A stretch of 64,000 nt of DNA, taken from contig NC_057739.1 in assembly GCF_004010195.1 (NCBI RefSeq), positions 45,741,356 through 45,805,355 of the forward strand. The letters are read 5' to 3'. The position numbers and the translations under genes are program-made. Shown here piece by piece: positions 10,755-23,400 of this stretch; position 1 is the stretch's first letter; the number at the start of each line of letters is the position of its first letter. The notes beneath the pieces are model-generated. The model ran no database searches, was not told the DNA's origin, and saw only the letters and a list, made by a program, of their open reading frames with translations. This DNA comes from Chiloscyllium plagiosum (taxonomy: Eukaryota).

Positions 10755-12260
10755 GAACCATAGAAAATAGGTGCAGGAGTAGGCCATTTGGCCCCTCAAG
10801 TCTCCACACCATTCAGTCTGATCATGGCTGATCATTGAGATCAATACCCTAATGCTACCCTCCCCACAATCACTTTCTGTGTGAGTTAATTCCACAAGCT
10901 CACCACGCCCTGGCTGAAGATATTTCTCCTCATCTCAGTCCTAAAAGGTTTATCCTTATCCTTAGACTATGATCCTGGTCTGGATTTTCTCACAATCAGG
11001 AGCATCCTTCCTGCATTTACCCTGCCTATTCCTGTTGGAACGTTATAGATTTATCTGAGATCTCCCTCATCCTTCTAAACTTCAGTGAATACAATCCAAA
11101 CTGATTCAACCTCTCCTCACACATCAGTGTTGTCATCTGAGGAGTCAGTCTGGTAAGCCTCACTGCACTCCCTCTATATCCTTCCTCATATAAGAGAATC
11201 AAAACTGCACACCATACTCCAGGTGTGATCTCACCAGAGGCCTGTATAATTGCAGCAAGACATCCCTGCTCCTTTACTCAAATCCTCTCACTGGGAAGGT
11301 CAACATACCATTTGCCTTTTTTAGATTAGATTAGATTACAGTGTGGAAACAGGCCCTTCGGCCCAACAAGTCCACACCGACCCGCCGAAGCGAAACTCAC
11401 CCATACCCCTACATTTACCCCTTACCTAACACTATGGGCAATTTAGTATGGCCAATTCACCTGACCCTGCACATCTTTGAACTGTGGGAGGAAACCGGAG
11501 CACCCGGAGGAAACCCACGCAGACACGGGGAGAACGTGCAAACTCCACACAGTCAGTCGCCTGAGTCGGGAATTGAACCCGGGTCTCTGGCGCTGTGAGG
11601 CAGCAGTGCTAACCACTGTGCCACCGTGCCGCCCACTGCCTTCTTTACTGCCTGCTCACTTACTTTCAGCAACTGGTGTGAGGACACCCAGATCCTGTTG
11701 AACATTCCCCTCTCTCAATTTACAGGCAATAATCTGCCCTCCGGCTATTGCTACCAAAGTGGATAACCTTACATTGGTCCACATTATACTATATCAGCCA
11801 TATATTTACTCACTTACATACTCATGTATCGCTGCATCCTCCTCACAGCTCACCCTCCCACCCAGCTTTGTGTCATCTGCAAACTTGTAGACATTATATT
11901 TAGTTCTGTCACCTAAATCATGAATATATATCATGAATAGCCGGGGTCCAAGCACTGAAATCTGCACTATCCCTCTAGTCAATGCCTGCCATTCAATAAA
12001 GACCTATTTATTCCAATTTGTTGTTTCCTGTCTCCTAACTAATTGACTGTCCATCTCTATACTCTACCCTTGATTCCATTGGCTTTAATTTTGCATGTTA
12101 ATGTCTTACGTGGGAGCTTATCAGACAGCCTCTGAAAATCTAAATAAACCACATCCACCAGCTCCCCCTCATCAACTCCATTTGTTGCATCCTCAAAGAA
12201 TTTCAGCTTTGCTGAGTTTGATTTCTCTTCCATAAAACCATTATAATTGTGTCTGATTCA
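10755..12260 (-). mobile_element. Degenerate CR1-clade LINE fragment interrupted by a V-SINE
   Basis: Typical CR1 RT 3' sequence (CAAAACTGCACA..ATACTCCAGGTGTG, TGTCATCTGCAAACTT, AGCACTGA..C) on the minus strand. Confidence 0.75.
11323..11636 (-). mobile_element. Full-length V-SINE (HE1-like tRNA-derived SINE) with (TCTAA)n tail and ~11-bp TSD
   Basis: Minus strand reads GGCACGGTGGCACAGTGGTTAGCACTGCTGCCTCACAGC..GGTTCAATTCC..TGTGTGGAGTTTGCACGTTCTCCCCGTGTCTGCGTGGGTTTCC (V domain). Flanks are TGCCTTTTTTA / TGCCTTCTTTA. Confidence 0.9.
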
Positions 12261-12382
12261 ACCAGTTTTCTGTTGTAAGATCCTTGATAATGCACTTGAA
12301 CATACTGCACTGGCTGTAAATGACTCTAGAATTGCAGGGTTTTTGTTTGTAGAGTGAGAATGTAACTCTATTCACCACTCAG

Positions 12383-12535
12383 GTCAGTCGGTTTTCATGT
12401 TCTGAATTAAGTCAACGTCACATCTACAAACCCATGCTAATTGCCGTCTTCATGAGGGTCTTCCAGCAGTTCAGTGGAATCACAGTGTTACTGGTCAACA
12501 TGCAGATTATCTTTGACAGTACCGCGGTCATTCTG
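12383..12535 (+). CDS. SLC2A6: SLC2A6-like exon 6
   Basis: actcag|GTC; VSRFSCSELSQRHIYKPMLIAVFMRVFQQFSGITVLLVNMQIIFDSTAVIL; donor CTG|gtaagt. Confidence 0.95.
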
Positions 12536-12714
12536 GTAAGTAGCAACCAAACAGCCAACACTCATCCAAATCCCACACCCAGGCATCTTTCAGATTTCAG
12601 CCTCCTGGCAGCACCAAGGGCTACTGCCCAGCTCAAGCCCACTGTGAAAGTAATGCCAGGCACCACCATGAACCAACGATGGGCACCTTTCAGGTGAGAC
12701 TGCAAACAAAACTG

Positions 12715-13335
12715 GAATCAGTGAGTTTCAAGGGACAAACACTCTTCTGGTTGGAGTCATACCTGACACATAGAAGATGACTCTGGTTGTTGGAGGTCAG
12801 TCATCTCAGCTCCAGGACATCTCTGCAGGAGTTCCTCAGGGTAGTGTCCTAGGCCTAACCATCTTCAGCTGCTTCATCAACAACCTTCCCTCCATCATAA
12901 GGTCAGAATTGGAGATGTTCACTGATGATTAAAATGTTCACCACTCCTCAGATACTAAGCAGCCCATGTCCAAATGCAACAAGATCTGTACTATATCCAG
13001 GTTTGGGCTGACAGAGGGCAAGTAACATTCATGCCACACAAATGTCAAGCAATGACCATCTCCAATAAGAAACAATCTGACCAGTGCCCTTTGACAGTCA
13101 GTGGTTACCATCATTGGATCCCCCACTATCAACATCCTGGGGGTTACTATTGACCAAACACTCAACTGGACGCACCTCATAAACACAGTGGCTACAAGAG
13201 CATGTCAGAGGCTAGGAATACTGCAGCAGAAAAAAAAACTCACCAAGTGGACTGCAGGGGTTCAAGAAGGCAGCTTACCCCCATCTTCTGTAGGATTGGG
13301 CAATAAATACTGGCCCAGCCACTGATCCCCATGTC
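12715..13335 (+). mobile_element. Degenerate LINE RT fragment (CR1/L2 group)
   Basis: GGAGTTCCTCAGGGTAGTGTCCTAGGCC (GVPQGSVLG), then FINNLPS..MFTDD, and a later ILGVTIDQTLNWTHLINTV. Confidence 0.8.
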
Positions 13336-14327
13336 CCCTGAATGTAGGGAAAAGATAATGCAATGAGACCCTGTCTCATTGATCAGAATATTGGAATCAT
13401 CCCAGAGCACGAATAAATCCCACTGTTCAGGCCATTTGACCCTCTGCCACATCATAAAAACAGATTATCTTGGTTATTGCCACTGCACTGTTTGGGATCC
13501 TGTAGTACAGTTTGGCTGGCCTTTCTCTTATATTACACCAGTGACTACAAAGGTCTTTCGGGCGTTTTGTTGTGTTAAAAAGTGCAATCTAAGCTTGTCC
13601 TTTGTACTAAAGCAGAGGCCTGCTCTCACGGTCCAGCTCCAATTGGCTAAAGACAGCAGCTTTCCTTTCTGCAGGGAACGCTGTCATCCAGGTGGATTTT
13701 TATGACGGTCCGACAGCTTTGTGGTGACTTTTACCACTTTCCAAATTTTTAATTTTGAAATTCTGGAACAGGCCAGGATGGGATTCGTTCTTTCCCTGGA
13801 TGTTTAATCAGGAGTCATGGTTCCCAGCCCAGTAATATAACCTGCACACTGTCATACAGAAAGTGCCTGACAGTACTGTCATCACTGACTCACTGGGAGG
13901 ACTGCTGCCTCCAGTATTGTCCCAGTTCCCTGGTCACATCCAAACCTACAGCCAGTACTGTCCCAGAATAGGAACGTCGTGGCTTTCATCCTCTGTCTCT
14001 AAGATACCAACTGAGCTGGGAGCAGTGGAATGATAAATCATACTACCATCTGAACTAGGAGCAAGAGAACGCCATTCGGCCCCTCAAACCTGCTCCATCA
14101 TTCAATAAACCAGAGTTGGCTCTTTGTAACTTCAAAGCCACATTCCCACTTGTCTCAAATGACCTTACACCCCCTAATCAAGAATCTATCCAATTCTGCT
14201 GTAATCTCTTGATATTCCTGGGAGTTAGAATGAGAGGATATCTCTGTCTTTTCACTCTCTGGTATCTTACTCTCTCTCTACCTGACATACTGTCTCACTC
14301 TTCCCCTGCCTCTTCTGTTCTTTGTTA

Positions 14328-14353
14328 NNNNNNNNNNNNNNNNNNNNNNNNNN
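14328..14353. other. Small assembly gap in a pyrimidine-rich low-complexity tract
   Basis: N run flanked by CT-rich sequence. Confidence 1.
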
Positions 14354-14474
14354 CTCTCCCCATTTTTCTCTCCCCTCTATCTCCTTGCCCCCTTCTTCCC
14401 ACATTTCTCTCTCCCCCTTCTGTCTCTCCCCCGCTCCCTCACCTCACGTACTAATGGAGGTTTGTTTTTATTAG

Positions 14475-14583
14475 GCAGGCTGTCAAGATGCAGTCCTTGT
14501 GGGGGTTATTCGATTGCTCTCTGTCTCAGTAGCTGCCTGGCTGATGGACAAAGCTGGAAGACGGAGACTTCTCTTTGTCTCAG
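14475..14583 (+). CDS. SLC2A6: SLC2A6-like exon 7
   Basis: tattag|GCA; AGCQDAVLVGVIRLLSVSVAAWLMDKAGRRRLLFVS; donor G|gtagag. Confidence 0.93.
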
Positions 14584-15435
14584 GTAGAGTAAGGCAGGAG
14601 CTTCAACTGAACAAAATGCAATAGCCTGTTGTTCATCAGGAACTCAGCAACCAGCAGAGAATAGGAACGAGGGATCCCACTTGGACAGCATGGTGCTGCT
14701 GGGGGAGGGGTGGCATGCACTGAAATTATTTTTTTGCCTCTCTGGAGTTAGGCCAAAGGGAAATCAGCTGGGACTCCTGTTCCTGAACACTATCCTGATG
14801 TTACTCTGAGACAGGACAAGGCTCAGCTGCAATGACTCATTGTCAATCGTCTGACAGTGAGACAGGAGACAGCACTGTCATCCTCTGTCGGTCCGACTCT
14901 GTGATTCTGCTGTTCCGAGATCTGGGTGAGGGTTTGTCCTGATATTCTGAACAATTTGCAGCACACATCAGTCACAAAAACTGCCTAACTCCTAATGAAA
15001 AGACCAGGTGGTTAATACACAGCCACAAGACTCTGAGGTTGTTCTGACAATCAGTGAATGCTGGGACTCTATTGTTTGAAATAACTCTCAATGTTTGAGC
15101 ATTTTTTGATAAAGACAATTGCTAACTGTCCTGAACCATTGGCTTTGGTACAAATGGAATGGTCACTGCGGGGGGTAATTGGAATGGGACTGGAGTCACA
15201 TGGAGGCCATTTCCTCTCCTGAAGGATACACAGGATCCAGTGGGTTTTATGAAAACCTGATCACATCAGGGTCCTGATTTCAGTTTGTTAATCAGATACC
15301 ATGATGATATCCCTTGGTACATTAATCCAGAAATGTAGCCAGCAAGCTGCCCATAGCTAGCCCAATCCACATCCCCATCATTGATAGTGAAACCACCAAA
15401 GAAACTGACCTCTCTCCTCCTCCTCCCCCTGCCAG

Positions 15436-15627
15436 GTGTCATCATGTCCATCTCAACATTGAGTCTTGGAGTCTATGTCAAACTAGATGAATTTAAATAT
15501 AATCATACCAGCAGCAATACTTCCTTTGAAAATACGGCCCACCTAACAGCTCAGCATTTACTTCAACACAAAACAACAGACTGGTTAACCATCATTCCCC
15601 TCATCAGTGTCATGGTTTTCATTTTTG
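15436..15627 (+). CDS. SLC2A6: SLC2A6-like exon 8 (exofacial loop with N-glycosylation sequons)
   Basis: tgccag|GT; VIMSISTLSLGVYVK..NHTSSNTSFENT..WLTIIPLISVMVFIF; donor G|gtaagt. Confidence 0.93.
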
Positions 15628-18311
15628 GTAAGTTCAACTGTAAGTATTTGATGGAGGACGGTAGAGGGAGCTTTACTCTGTATCTAACTCCGTGTTGACC
15701 CTGTCCTGGGAGTGTTTGATAGGGACAGATAGAGTGGAACCTTCTCAACTTGCACCCAATGCAAGTATACTCTTACCACTTAAGTGAGAATATTCCAGGT
15801 GCAGTGTCCTCAAGGCCTGCAGTGTTATCCCAGGGATTCCCTGTTTTATACTCCATTTCTCGCTCAATAAGGATCAACGTTCCATTTGCTTTCCTAAATA
15901 TTTGCTGAACAGCCAAATGGGTAACTAGCTTTTTTAAATGAAACCTCAGGACACACTGGTGCCTCTGCTCTTTCGAGTTGTGTAGACTCCCTCTATTGCT
16001 CTATTTATTCTTCCTGCCAAGGTGAACAACTTCCAATGTTTCCACATTGTATTCCATCTTGCAAATTTTCAGCCAATTCCTGAACCTATTTATTTCCCTT
16101 TAGACTCTTTACATTCTCTACACAATTTAATTTCCTACTTAGCTTTGTTTCACAAGCAAATGTAGAATGGCCATTCATTCAAGTTATTAATAAATAGTTG
16201 GGACCCCAACACTGATCCCTGCAGTAAACTATTTAGAACAAAGAAAATTACAACACAGGAATAGGCCCTTTGGCCCTCCAGGCCTGTGCTGATCCAGAAT
16301 CTATACCTAAACGAGTTGTCTATTTTCTAAGTGTCTGTATCCCTCTGCTATTCATGTATTTGTCTAGATACATCTTAAATGACGCTATCGTGTCCACCTC
16401 TACCAGCTCCCCGGCAACGGGTTCCGGGCACCCACCACTCTCTGAGTAAAGAACTTTCCATGCACTTCTCCCCCTCACCTTGAACTTGTGACCCCTAGTA
16501 ATTGAGTCCCCCCCACTCTGGGAAAAAGCTTCTTGCTATCCACCCTGTCTACATGATTTCTTTCATGATTTTGTAGATCTCAATCATGTCTCCCCCTCAA
16601 CCTCCATCTTTCTAATGAAAATAATCCTAATCTACTCAACCTCTCTTCATAGATAGCGTCCTTCATACCAGGCAACATCCTGGTGAACCTCCTGTATGCC
16701 CTGTCCAAAGCATCCACATCATTTTCATTATGTGGTGACCAGAACTGTACACAATACACCGTATGTGGCCAAACCAAAGTCCTATATAGCTGTAACATGA
16801 CCCGCCAATTCAATACCCTGTCCAATGAAGGGAAGCATGCCGTATGCCTTTGTGACCACTCTATTGCGTTGCCACCTTCTGGGTACAATAGACCTGAACA
16901 CCCAGATCGCTCTGTACATCAATTTTCCCCAGGTTGTTTCCATTTACTGTATAGTCGTTCTTGAATGGGATCTTTCAAAGTGCATCACCTTGCATTTGCC
17001 TGGATTGAACTCCATCTGCCATTTTTATGCCCAGCTCTCCAATCTACCTATATTCTGTTGTATTATTTGACAGTCCCCTTCACTATCTGCTAATCCAATA
17101 ATCTTAGTGTCATTTGCAAACTTGCTAATCAGACCACCTATACCTTCTTCCAGATCATTTATGTATATCACACACAACAGTGGTCCCAACATTGATCCCT
17201 GTGGAACACCACTGGTCACAGTTATCAATTTTGAGAAACTCCCTTCCACTAATACTCTCTGTCTCCTGTTGCCCAGCCAGTTCACTGTCCATCTAGCTAG
17301 TACACCCTGGACCCCATGTGACTTCACCTTCTCCATCAGCCTACCATGGGAAACCTTATCAAATGCCTTACTGAAGTCCATGTATATGATTTCTTTAGCC
17401 CTTCCCTCATCAGTCAACGTTGTCTATTAAGTTGGTAAGACATGACCTTCCCTGCACAAGAACATGTTGCCTATCACTGATAAGCCCATTTTCTTCCAAA
17501 TGTAAATAGATCCTATCCCTCTGAATCTACTCCAGCAGCTTCCCTCCCACTGACATCAGGCTCACCGGTCTATAATTACCTGGATTATCCTTGCTGCCCT
17601 TCATAAACAGGGGACAATATTAGCTATTCTCCAGTCCTCCGGGACCTCACCCATGTTGAAGGGTACTGAAAAATATCTGTTAAGACCCCAGCTATTTCCT
17701 CTCTTGCTTCCCTCAGTAACCTGGGGTAGATCCCATCTGGACCTGGGGAGTTGTCCACCTCAATGCCTTTTAGAATACCCAACACTTACTCCCTTCTTAT
17801 GCCAACTTGATCTAGAATAATCAAACATCTATCCCTAACCTCAACATGCGCCATGTCCCTCTCCTCAGTGAATACCACTGCAAAGTACTCATCAAGAATC
17901 TCACCTATTTTCTTGGACTCCACACATAACTTTCCTCCTTTGTCCTTGAGTGGGCCAACCCTTTCCCTAGTTACAATCTTGCTCCTTATATATAAATAAG
18001 AGGCTTTGGGATTTTCCTTAACCCTATTTGCTAACGATATTTCATGACCCCTTTTAGCCCTTGTAATTTGTTTCAGATTGGTCCTACTTTCTGGATATTC
18101 TTCCAAAGCTTTGTCTGTTTTCAATCGCCTATACTTAATGTATGCTTCCTTTTTCCTCTTAGCTAGTCTTACAATTTCACTGTCATCCATGGATCCCTAA
18201 TCTTGCCATTTAAAAGCCTCCCACATGTCAAAAGTGGATTTACTTTCAAACAGCAGCTCCCAATCCACATTCCCCAGCTCCTGCTGAATTTTGCTATAGT
18301 TAACCTTCTAG

Positions 18312-18720
18312 GAGAAAGTGAGGACTGCAGGTGCTGGAGATCAGAGCTGAAAATATGTTGCTGGAAAAGCGCAGCAGGTCAGGTAGCATCCAAGGAGCAG
18401 GAGAATCGACGTTTCGGGCATGAGCCCTTCTTCAGGAATGAGGAAAGTGTGCCAAGCAGGCTAAGATAAAAGGTAGGGAGGAGGGACTTGGGGGAGGGGC
18501 ATTGGAAATGCGATAGTTCATCCCTTGTGGTTGGAGGGTTCCTAGGCGGAAGATGAGGCGCTCTTCCTCCAGCCGTCGTGTTGCTATGGTCTGGCGATGG
18601 AGTCCAAGGACCTGCATGTCCTTGTTGGAGTGGGAGGGGGAGTTGAAGTGTTGAGCCATGGGGTGATTGGGTTGGTTGGTCCGGGTGTCCCAAAGGTGTT
18701 CTCTGAAACTTTCCGCACTC
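18312..18720 (-). mobile_element. Penelope-like element 3' fragment (GIY-YIG C-terminus plus hammerhead-bearing terminal repeat)
   Basis: FREHL..PMAQHFNSPSHS..RRLEEERLIFRLGTLQPQGMN, followed on the same strand by an intact hammerhead core. Confidence 0.85.
18404..18439 (-). ncRNA. Minimal type I hammerhead ribozyme motif (intact core)
   Basis: ATTC-CTGAAGA-A-GGGC TCAT GCCC-GAAACGTC-GATT: CUGANGA core, paired stem II, GAAA, palindromic ACGU helix III, GUC cleavage triplet. Confidence 0.7.
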
Positions 18721-18728
18721 TTCCTTTC

Positions 18729-19038
18729 AGGCAACATGGTGGCTCAGTGGTTAGCACTACTGCCTCACAGCACTAGGAACCCAGGTTCGATTCCACCCTC
18801 AGACAGCTGTCTGTGTGGAGTTTGCACATTCTCCATGTGTCTGGGCTTCCTCTAGGTGCTCTGGTTTCCTCCCGCAGTCTGAAGATGAGCAGGTTAGGTG
18901 AATTGGTCACACTAAATTGCCCATAGTGGTCAAGGATATGTAGGTTAGATGGATTCGTCAGGGGTAGATGTAGGAGAGTGGGTCTAGGTGGACTTGTTGG
19001 GCTGAAGGGCCTGTTTCCACATTGTAGGGATTCTATGA
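18729..19038 (+). mobile_element. V-SINE (HE1-like)
   Basis: GGTGGCTCAGTGGTTAGCACTACTGCCTCACAGC..GGTTCGATTCC..TGTGTGGAGTTTGCACATTCTCC..GGGCCTGTTTCCAC.TGTAGGGATTCTATGA. Confidence 0.88.
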
Positions 19039-19772
19039 CTGCTCTCATCTTTGTCCACGAGTATTCTAAAACTTACAGAATTGTGATCACTATTCCCAAA
19101 GTAATCCCATACTTAAACTTCCACCACCTGGCTGAGCTCATTTCCCCACACCAGGTCCCCCAGTATGGCCCCTTCCCGAGTTGGACTATTTACGTACTGC
19201 TCCATAAAACTCTCCCGGATACTCCTCACAAATTCTGCACCATTGAGACCTCTAACACTAAGTGAGTCCCAGTTAATGTTGGGAAAATTAAAATGTCATA
19301 TCACAACCACCCTGTTGCTCCTACATTTTTTGGACCAGTATCTCTCACGTGCTGTTGGGAGGCCTGTAGTACAGCCCTAACATTGTTACCACACTCTTCC
19401 TATTTCTGAGCGCTACCCATTTGATTTACTGCTGGAGTCCTCCGTAGGGCCCTCCTTCAGCACAGCTGTGATATCCTCTGTGGCCAGTTATGCAACTCCT
19501 CCACCCCTTTTACCTCCCTCTCTTTCCCGCCTGAAGCATCTATATCCTGGGATACTTAATTGCCAATCATGCCCTTCCCTCCACAGCTTACTAACGTGCA
19601 GTCCTCCGTCAGCCAATTTCATCTGTTAATATGTCACCCCCAATATCTGAGCTCTTATCTTGCATTTTAATTTTGGATTTATTATCTTTAGTATGGAGCC
19701 TTTTGCCTAAGCATTGGGTTTGTTAATTGCCTCCATGTGGTTGAACTTTTCCCTTTTGACCGGTGTATACAG

Positions 19773-19918
19773 GTTATGCCTTGGGCTGGGGACCAATCAC
19801 CTGGCTGATGATGTCGGAGATCCTTCCACTCCAAGTCCGTGGATTCGCATCAGGCTTGTGTGTGTTTGTCAGTTGGGTCACAGCCTTCATCTTAACAGAA
19901 TTCTTCTTAAAAGTGAAG
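19773..19918 (+). CDS. SLC2A6: SLC2A6-like exon 9
   Basis: atacag|GT; [48 protein letters not shown]; donor AAG|gttggt. Confidence 0.95.
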
Positions 19919-20059
19919 GTTGGTTTTTTTTAGTATCTTTGCGTACACTTTTCCTCAGTGCCTGATTTATTTTCTTGCTCAGAATTAGCCAAAGGTTTAC
20001 TCCACCTGCATTTTCGATGTGTCTCCTGGGAGATGACATGACTGTTTGTGAAATGATAT

Positions 20060-20450
20060 TCATAGAAACTAGAAGCAGGCCAGTCAGCCCATCAAATCTA
20101 CTCCACCATTCAACATGATCAGTTCCCTGTTCCCACTTTCTCTACATATCCTTTAGCCCTGAGAATTAACTCCCTCCTGAAAATGTTCAATGTTTTGGCC
20201 TTAACCACTTTCTGCAGTAGAGAATCACAAAGAATCGCTCCCCACTCTCTGGGGGAAGACATTCTCCTCTTCTCAGTCCTAAATACCTACCCCATATACT
20301 TGAGACTGTGACTTTTGGTTCTAGATTTCCCAGTCATCAGGAACATCCTTCCTATGATTATCCTGTCTAATCCTGTTAGAATGTTATAAGTTTCTAGAAG
20401 ATCCCTCTTCATTCTTTTGAATTCCAGCGAACACAGTCCCAACTAATCCA
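20060..20450 (-). mobile_element. CR1-clade LINE 3' remnant
   Basis: Similar to the other CR1 3' ends in the window (CCATTCAA.ATGATC..GGAACATCCTTCCT..TCCTGTTAGAAT). Confidence 0.6.
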
Positions 20451-20489
20451 GCCGACCAATGTGGTAGGATGTGGGATGGAAGAGACTAT

Positions 20490-23400
20490 TCAATCTGGAT
20501 GTAGATTTGCTCACTGAGCTGGAAGGTTCATTTTCAGATGTTTTGTCACCATACTAGGTAACATCTTCAGTGAGCCTCCAGCCGAAGCATTGCTGATGAT
20601 TCCTGCTTTCAACTTACATGTTCGGGTTTCTTTGGGTTGGTGATGTCATTTCCAGTTCTTTTTCTCAAGGGGTGGTAAATCGGGTCCAAGTCAATGTGTT
20701 TGTTAATAGAGTTCCACTTGGAATACCATACTTCTAGGAATTCCCATGTGTGCCTGTTTGGCTTGTCCTAGGATGGAATGTGTTGTCCCAGTCGAAGTAT
20801 ATCTGTACGTAAGGATACTAGTGAGAGAGGGTCATGTTGTTTTGTGGCTAGTTGATGTTCATGTATCCTGGTGGCTAGTTTTCTGCCCATTTGTCCAATG
20901 TAGTGTTTGTTACAGTCCTTGCACGATATTTTGTTAATGACATTAGTTTTGCTTGTTGTCTGTATAGGGTCTTTCAAGTTCATTAGCTGCTATTTTAGTG
21001 TCTTGGTGGGTTTGTGGGCGAGCATGATGCCAAGGGGTCTGAGTAGTCTGGCAGTCATTTCCGAGATGTCCTTGAGTGGCTAGGGTTTCTGGACATGTTT
21101 TATCTGCTTGTTTGGGCTTGTTGCTGAGAAATCAGTGGACTATGTTCACTGGGTACCCGTTCTTTTTGAATACGTGGTATAGGTGATTTCCTTCTGCTCT
21201 GCTGTGTTCCTCTGTGCTGCAGTGTGTGTTGGCTCTTTGGAATAAGGGCTAATGCCCGAAACGTCGATTCTCCTGTTCCCTAGATGCTGCCTGACCTGCT
21301 GTGCTTTTCCAGCAACACATTTCCATCTCTTTGGAATAACGTTCTGATGCAGCTTCATTTATGATTTTGGGGTGATTGCTTCTGTAGTTCATTTCCTGGA
21401 GACGCTGGTTTTAAGTTCCCCATTGGCTGTTTGCTCTATGACACCTAGGAATGGCAGTTTGTTGTTGTTTTCCTCCTCTTTAGGGAATTTTATGCCAGTA
21501 AGGGTATTATTGATGGTCTTGAAGGTTTCCTCTAATTTGTTTCGTTTGTCATCACCAAAGGTGACATCTACATTGCAGACCCAAAGTTTGGGTTGGATGA
21601 TTGGCAGAGCTATTTATTTGAGTCTCTGCATTACTGCCTCTGCTAAGAACCCTGATATCGGAGGTCCCATGGGTATTTGAAGGTGGTGGGTGGTAAGGCA
21701 TAGGTCCACTAGCTTGGCGATACTGTCCTTGCTGATGAAGTTGGTGGAGTTTGGTATTGTGTCTTTGGGTTTTCTAATACTGCAGTCAGTGTTTTCTTGG
21801 CCAGGTTAATGTTAAGTGATGTTCTGGACATGTTTTATCTGCTTGTTTGGGCTTGTTGCTGAGAAATCAGTGGACTATGTTCACTGGGTACCCGTTCTTT
21901 TTGAATACGTGGTATAGGTGATTTCCTTCTGCTCTGCTCTGTTCCTCTGTGCTGCAGTGTGTGTTGGCTCTTTGGAATAAGGGCTAATGCCCGAAACGTC
22001 GATTCTCCTGTTCCCTAGATGCTGCCTGACCTGCTGTGCTTTTCCAGCAACACATTTCCATCTCTTTGGAATAACGTTCTGATGCAGCTTCATTTATGAT
22101 TTTGGGGTGATTGCTTCTGTAGTTCATTTCCTGGAGACGCTGGTTTTAAGTTCCCCATTGGCTGTTTGCTCTACTTTGACACCTAGGAATGGCAGTTTGT
22201 TGTTGTTTTCCTCCTCTTTAGGGAATTTTATGCCAGTAAGGGTATTATTGATGGTCTTGAAGGTTTCCTCTAATTTGTTTCGTTTATCATCACCAAAGGT
22301 GACATCCACGTAGCAGACCCAAAGTTTGGGTTGGATGGTTGGCAGAGCTGTTTATTCGAGTCTCTGCATTACTGCCTCTGCTAAGAACCCTGATATCGGA
22401 GATCCCATGGGTATTTGAAGGTGGTGGGTGGTAAGGCATAGGTCCACTAGCCTGGCGATACTGTCCTTGCTGATGAAGTTGGTGGAGTTTGGTATTGTGT
22501 CTTTGGGTTTTCTAATAGTGCAGTCAGTGTTTTCTTGGCCAGGTTAATGTTAAGTGATGTGAACAGGGCTGTTAGATCAAAGGTGACCATTATTTCACCC
22601 TCTTCTATCTTAGTGTCTTTGATGGTCTTCAGGAATCCTTGGATGGAGTAGTGTGAGCCTTCGACTAAGTGTTTTAGTGTTTGGTGTAGCTCCTTGGCCA
22701 GTCTGTAAGTAGGTGTTCCAGGTAGTGAGACTATGGGTCTGAGGGGGGCTCCTGGTTTGTGAAGTTTGGGTAATCCGTAGAAGCGTGGTGTGTTGGATCC
22801 ATTTTCTGGAAGTCTGTCTTATTTATTTCTCCAGATTTCTGAAGGTTTTTTGAGTAGGGCTGTGATTCTGTTCTCTAGTTGTGGGGTCAGGTCTATCGCC
22901 ACTTGTTGGTAAATATTAGTATCTGCAAGTAGTGCTTTCACTTTTTCAATGTAGTCTCTTTGGGTTAAAATGACTGTCAAGCATCCTTTACCTGCAGGTA
23001 GGATAACAATTGAGTGTGCTCCCTTCCTTTTTCTGCTTAATGGTGCAACTACCTGTCTGATAGTTTGCTGGGTTTCTTCTGTAAGTTGGTTGTCTTTCAG
23101 TGTTGTTTTTAATGCTGTGAAGAAATCTTCCTTGTCTTCATCCTGGACGTTGTAACTTAACGCTCTAAGTTGGCTTTTTCAGTGTCTGTTAACGGTCAGT
23201 CAGATAAGTTTTTTATCCATGCTTCTGTATTGTCAGTGCTGTTACTTTGTGTAAGTTTGCCTAGTTTTATTTGCAGGTCTAGTTTTTTCATATCTATGGC
23301 TTATTGTACTGTATCTGCCCATTCATGGTCTGTGACATGAGTGAGTAAAGAGGTTTGGTGCAAAATGTCCTGATTATATTTACGGAGTCTTTTGTGGGCA

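Larger units (their letters stand above)
15750..19600 (-). mobile_element. Nested CR1-clade LINEs (degenerate ORF2 RT) with inserted Penelope fragment and V-SINE
   Basis: Minus-strand peptides YMDFSKAFDKVSHGRL, SGVPQGSMLGPLLCVIYINDL, LYRTLVWPHTVYCVQFWSPH, LANRVKENPKASYLYIRSK. Confidence 0.9.

Noticed and set aside
11560-11636. tRNA-like A/B boxes (also 18729, 54788, 5500)
   Set aside because: These are heads of tRNA-derived SINEs continuing into SINE body and tail, not tRNA genes.
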